Positions 61,801-64,000 of a DNA stretch of 64,000 nt are shown one piece after another. Position 1 is the stretch's first letter, and every line of letters begins with the position of its first letter. This DNA comes from Candidatus Heimdallarchaeota archaeon. Lineage in GTDB: Archaea > Asgardarchaeota > Wukongarchaeia > Wukongarchaeales > JBHIFL01. The DNA lies in contig JBHIFL010000007.1 of the NCBI GenBank assembly GCA_046761065.1, positions 1 through 64,000 of the forward strand, read 5' to 3'. A program made the position numbers and the translations under genes. The notes under the pieces are model-generated. The model had not been told where the DNA came from. It did not search any database and worked only from the letters and a program-made list of their open reading frames with translations.

Positions 61801-62586
61801 TTACCTATCCTTTTCCAAGACAACATAGTGTATATTATCATCTATCAAGTCCTTAGCAATCTTCCACCCTGCACGCTGAATCACTTCATGGAATTCCTCT
61901 GGAGTGGGCAAGTAAAGCCCAAACCACGCAGATTTATACCTTAGGTAACGAATTCTAATTGTTACTTGCCCAATAGGAAGCCCCATCGCTTGATTTCGTT
62001 TATGATACGCAAGGTGAAACGGGTTCTCGGTAGGAATTGGAGACCGGTAGGACAACAGAATGTTCGCGTCTTGGGTACTAAGGCGATAAAGTGTCTCTAA
62101 CATCTGCATGGTTCCGGCGGGAGACCCACAGATGCCAAAATTATTACACAGGAGAAGAAATGTCGCAAAAGAGTCTTCAAATGAAGGAAGTTTATGAGCA
62201 GACCCCAAGATCGTCCTTTTCACCCCTTGTTGCTTGGCAACAAATAACGCGCCTTTAGAAACGTCTAACGCCACCACATCATGCCCTTGATCTTGTAAAT
62301 AGAGGGAATGACGAGCAGCCCCACAACCAATGTCAAGTATGGGAGATTTTGCGTGTTTAAGAATTTCTAGCTCTTGAGACGGCCATGATGATGGGAGAGA
62401 GAAATAATTATCGGTTCTATTCGCTTCTAAATATCCATCATCTCGCTCAATGTGATGATAAATGGGGTCTTTCGATTCTAATTGGTGTTTTAACGCGAGC
62501 CCAAAGACGTCATAGACTTCTTCTAGAGCCATTTTCATTACATCCTGAACTTCTTTACTTAAGAAGAGTTTCGCACGATATTCCAT
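61801..62586 (-). CDS. Class I SAM-dependent methyltransferase
   Basis: IERDDG, ILDIGCGAARHSL, VVALDVS, LLCNNFGICG. Confidence 0.9.
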   Translation of the reverse strand: MEYRAKLFLSKEVQDVMKMALEEVYDVFGLALKHQLESKDPIYHHIERDDGYLEANRTDNYFSLPSSWPSQELEILKHAKSPILDIGCGAARHSLYLQDQGHDVVALDVSKGALFVAKQQGVKRTILGSAHKLPSFEDSFATFLLLCNNFGICGSPAGTMQMLETLYRLSTQDANILLSYRSPIPTENPFHLAYHKRNQAMGLPIGQVTIRIRYLRYKSAWFGLYLPTPEEFHEVIQRAGWKIAKDLIDDNIHYVVLEKDR

Positions 62587-62703
62587 AAGATTGTGTGGGG
62601 GTGCTGCGAAACTCGTTAAAAAAGAAGGCTTGTATAGTTAATATGATTGGCAAAAATCCTAGGATCATATTGCAAGTAAATAAAAAGAAAGAAGTTGAAG
62701 AGA

Positions 62704-63585
62704 TTAGATTAACTCTTTGAGCGCTTCGGAAATATCGACATCCTGAATGTCGTGTTTCACTAGGGGAATCGTCGCAATGCTGGGAATCCCATCTCTAAAG
62801 GTAGGTCGACTCTCTTTGTAGAAGACTCCAATTGGGATTTTCTCGCCCCATTCGTCTGCTCGCTGAAGAGCTGCCCATTTATCCGAAGGATCATGGTTCG
62901 CGTCTTTCAGTTGATAGATTCGCTCGCGATACCAATCAAATCCTCTACCGGGCTCGCGCCGATGTGGACCGAAGGTCACACAGGGTTGGATGATATCAAG
63001 GACTGCGAACCCTTTGTGGGTGATAGCCTCTTTATAGAGCGTTGTCAAGTGTTTAACATCGCCTGCAAAGCCGCGGGACACCCAGGTAGCCCCTGCGGTA
63101 ATTGCCAATGCAACAGGATTTGCTCGAATCTCTAAGACTCCGGTTGGAGTGGTTTTCGTTTTAAGGCCTTGTTCGCTGGTTGGGGAGGCTTGCCCAGTGG
63201 TTAAACCATAGATCTCATTATTATGTATCACGAAAGTGAGGTCAATATTCCGCCGGCAAGCATGAATAAAGTGGTTCCCGCCTTCATTCAGGGCATCACC
63301 ATCTCCCGCGTGGGCAATGACGGTCAACTCATGGTTGGCGAGTTTGATGGCTTGAGCTGCAGGTAGTGTACGACCATGAATGGCGTGCAAGCCGTACGTA
63401 TTCACCCAGTGGGGCAGTTTCCCATGGCATCCAATGCCGGACAGGATCACCACATTCCAAGGGTCTAGCCCAAGTTCAATAAGTGACTTCTTGACGGATT
63501 GGATAATCCCATAATTCCCACAGCCGGGACACCAACTCCCGGGAGGACGAGGCGCGCCTGTATCGAGATCCCGTAGTGTAACCAT
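62704..63585 (-). CDS. korB: 2-oxoacid:ferredoxin oxidoreductase beta subunit
   Basis: WCPGCGNYG, SGIGC, HGR, GDGDAL.EG (TPP motif), NNEIYGLTTGQASPT, QPCVTF. Start moved to ATG 63585. Substrate specificity not determinable. Confidence 0.92.
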   Translation of the reverse strand: MVTLRDLDTGAPRPPGSWCPGCGNYGIIQSVKKSLIELGLDPWNVVILSGIGCHGKLPHWVNTYGLHAIHGRTLPAAQAIKLANHELTVIAHAGDGDALNEGGNHFIHACRRNIDLTFVIHNNEIYGLTTGQASPTSEQGLKTKTTPTGVLEIRANPVALAITAGATWVSRGFAGDVKHLTTLYKEAITHKGFAVLDIIQPCVTFGPHRREPGRGFDWYRERIYQLKDANHDPSDKWAALQRADEWGEKIPIGVFYKESRPTFRDGIPSIATIPLVKHDIQDVDISEALKELI

Positions 63586-63586
63586 C

Positions 63587-64000
63587 TTAGAGGACTTCCT
63601 TAACCTTTTGAACAATTTCTAGAGGGAGGAAGGGCCTCCCGTTATACTTTAAGAGGATATGATCGAATTGGATCCCTGATTCCTGTCTGACGAGTTTTCC
63701 AAACTGACCGGTCCCATTTTGCTCAACCAAGAGGGTTTTTTGGGTGGCCTGGAGTACTGTTCTAAGGGATTCCTCGGAAAGTGGCCAGATATAGGTGAAA
63801 TGGAGGAGATTGACGTTAATGCCGTCTTCCTGTAAATATTTCATTGCCTCTTGTACTGGGGCTTTAGTGGAACCCCAACAGATAAGGGTCAATGGTGCGT
63901 TTTCTGGGCCATAGCGGTTTGGTCCGGGCATATTTTTCTTGATAGTAGCTAATTTTCGCGCACGCTTGTCCACCATCTTTCGGCGGTTTTCGGGATCCTC
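63587..64000 (-). CDS. korA: 2-oxoacid:ferredoxin oxidoreductase alpha subunit, C-terminal part (truncated by window edge)
   Basis: MVDKRARK, WGST, IWPL, VEQN.TGQ, KYNGRPF; directly upstream of the beta subunit. Confidence 0.9.
   Translation of the reverse strand, partial: EDPENRRKMVDKRARKLATIKKNMPGPNRYGPENAPLTLICWGSTKAPVQEAMKYLQEDGINVNLLHFTYIWPLSEESLRTVLQATQKTLLVEQNGTGQFGKLVRQESGIQFDHILLKYNGRPFLPLEIVQKVKEVL

Noticed and set aside
2293-63135. Numerous 60-170 aa antisense or alternate-frame ORFs in the track (e.g. 27485..27988, 34496..35008, 48021..48485, 53004..53456, 57008..57229)
   Set aside because: They overlap well-supported genes and have no motifs; treated as shadow ORFs.

Overview
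Gene-dense archaeal chromosomal segment. GGAGG/GGTGA Shine-Dalgarno sites, a thiolase-DUF35 pair, orphan mtrH, a Cys-tailed Lrp regulator, a PAS protein with a longin/uDENN-like tail and giant Ca-binding surface proteins suggest an Asgard-type archaeon; this is inference, not a database result. Most genes serve peptide and amino-acid scavenging: Liv and Dpp/Opp ABC importers, M24, M20, S58 (DmpA) and amidohydrolase peptidases, TldD/PmbA, three CPBP intramembrane proteases, a saccharopine dehydrogenase, sdhAB and a 2-oxoacid:ferredoxin oxidoreductase. There are three VapBC-type toxin-antitoxin modules (two damaged) and an FAH-family pseudogene. I saw no rRNA, tRNA, CRISPR array or transposase. 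The best candidate for an undescribed system is the Dpp/Opp operon (26839-33248), in which three subunits are remodelled: a circularly permuted substrate-binding protein, a DppB with a duplicated transmembrane-hairpin insert, and a DppF ATPase with a two-helix hydrophobic insert. Other highlights: a DUF35-ketoacyl reductase fusion coupled to a thiolase, a PAS-PAS-longin/uDENN-like protein, a radical SAM fused to a PolX 8-kDa HhH domain, a 1470-codon FG-GAP gene with Gln/Pro inserts split by one in-frame TAA, and a triple palindromic 21-bp repeat.
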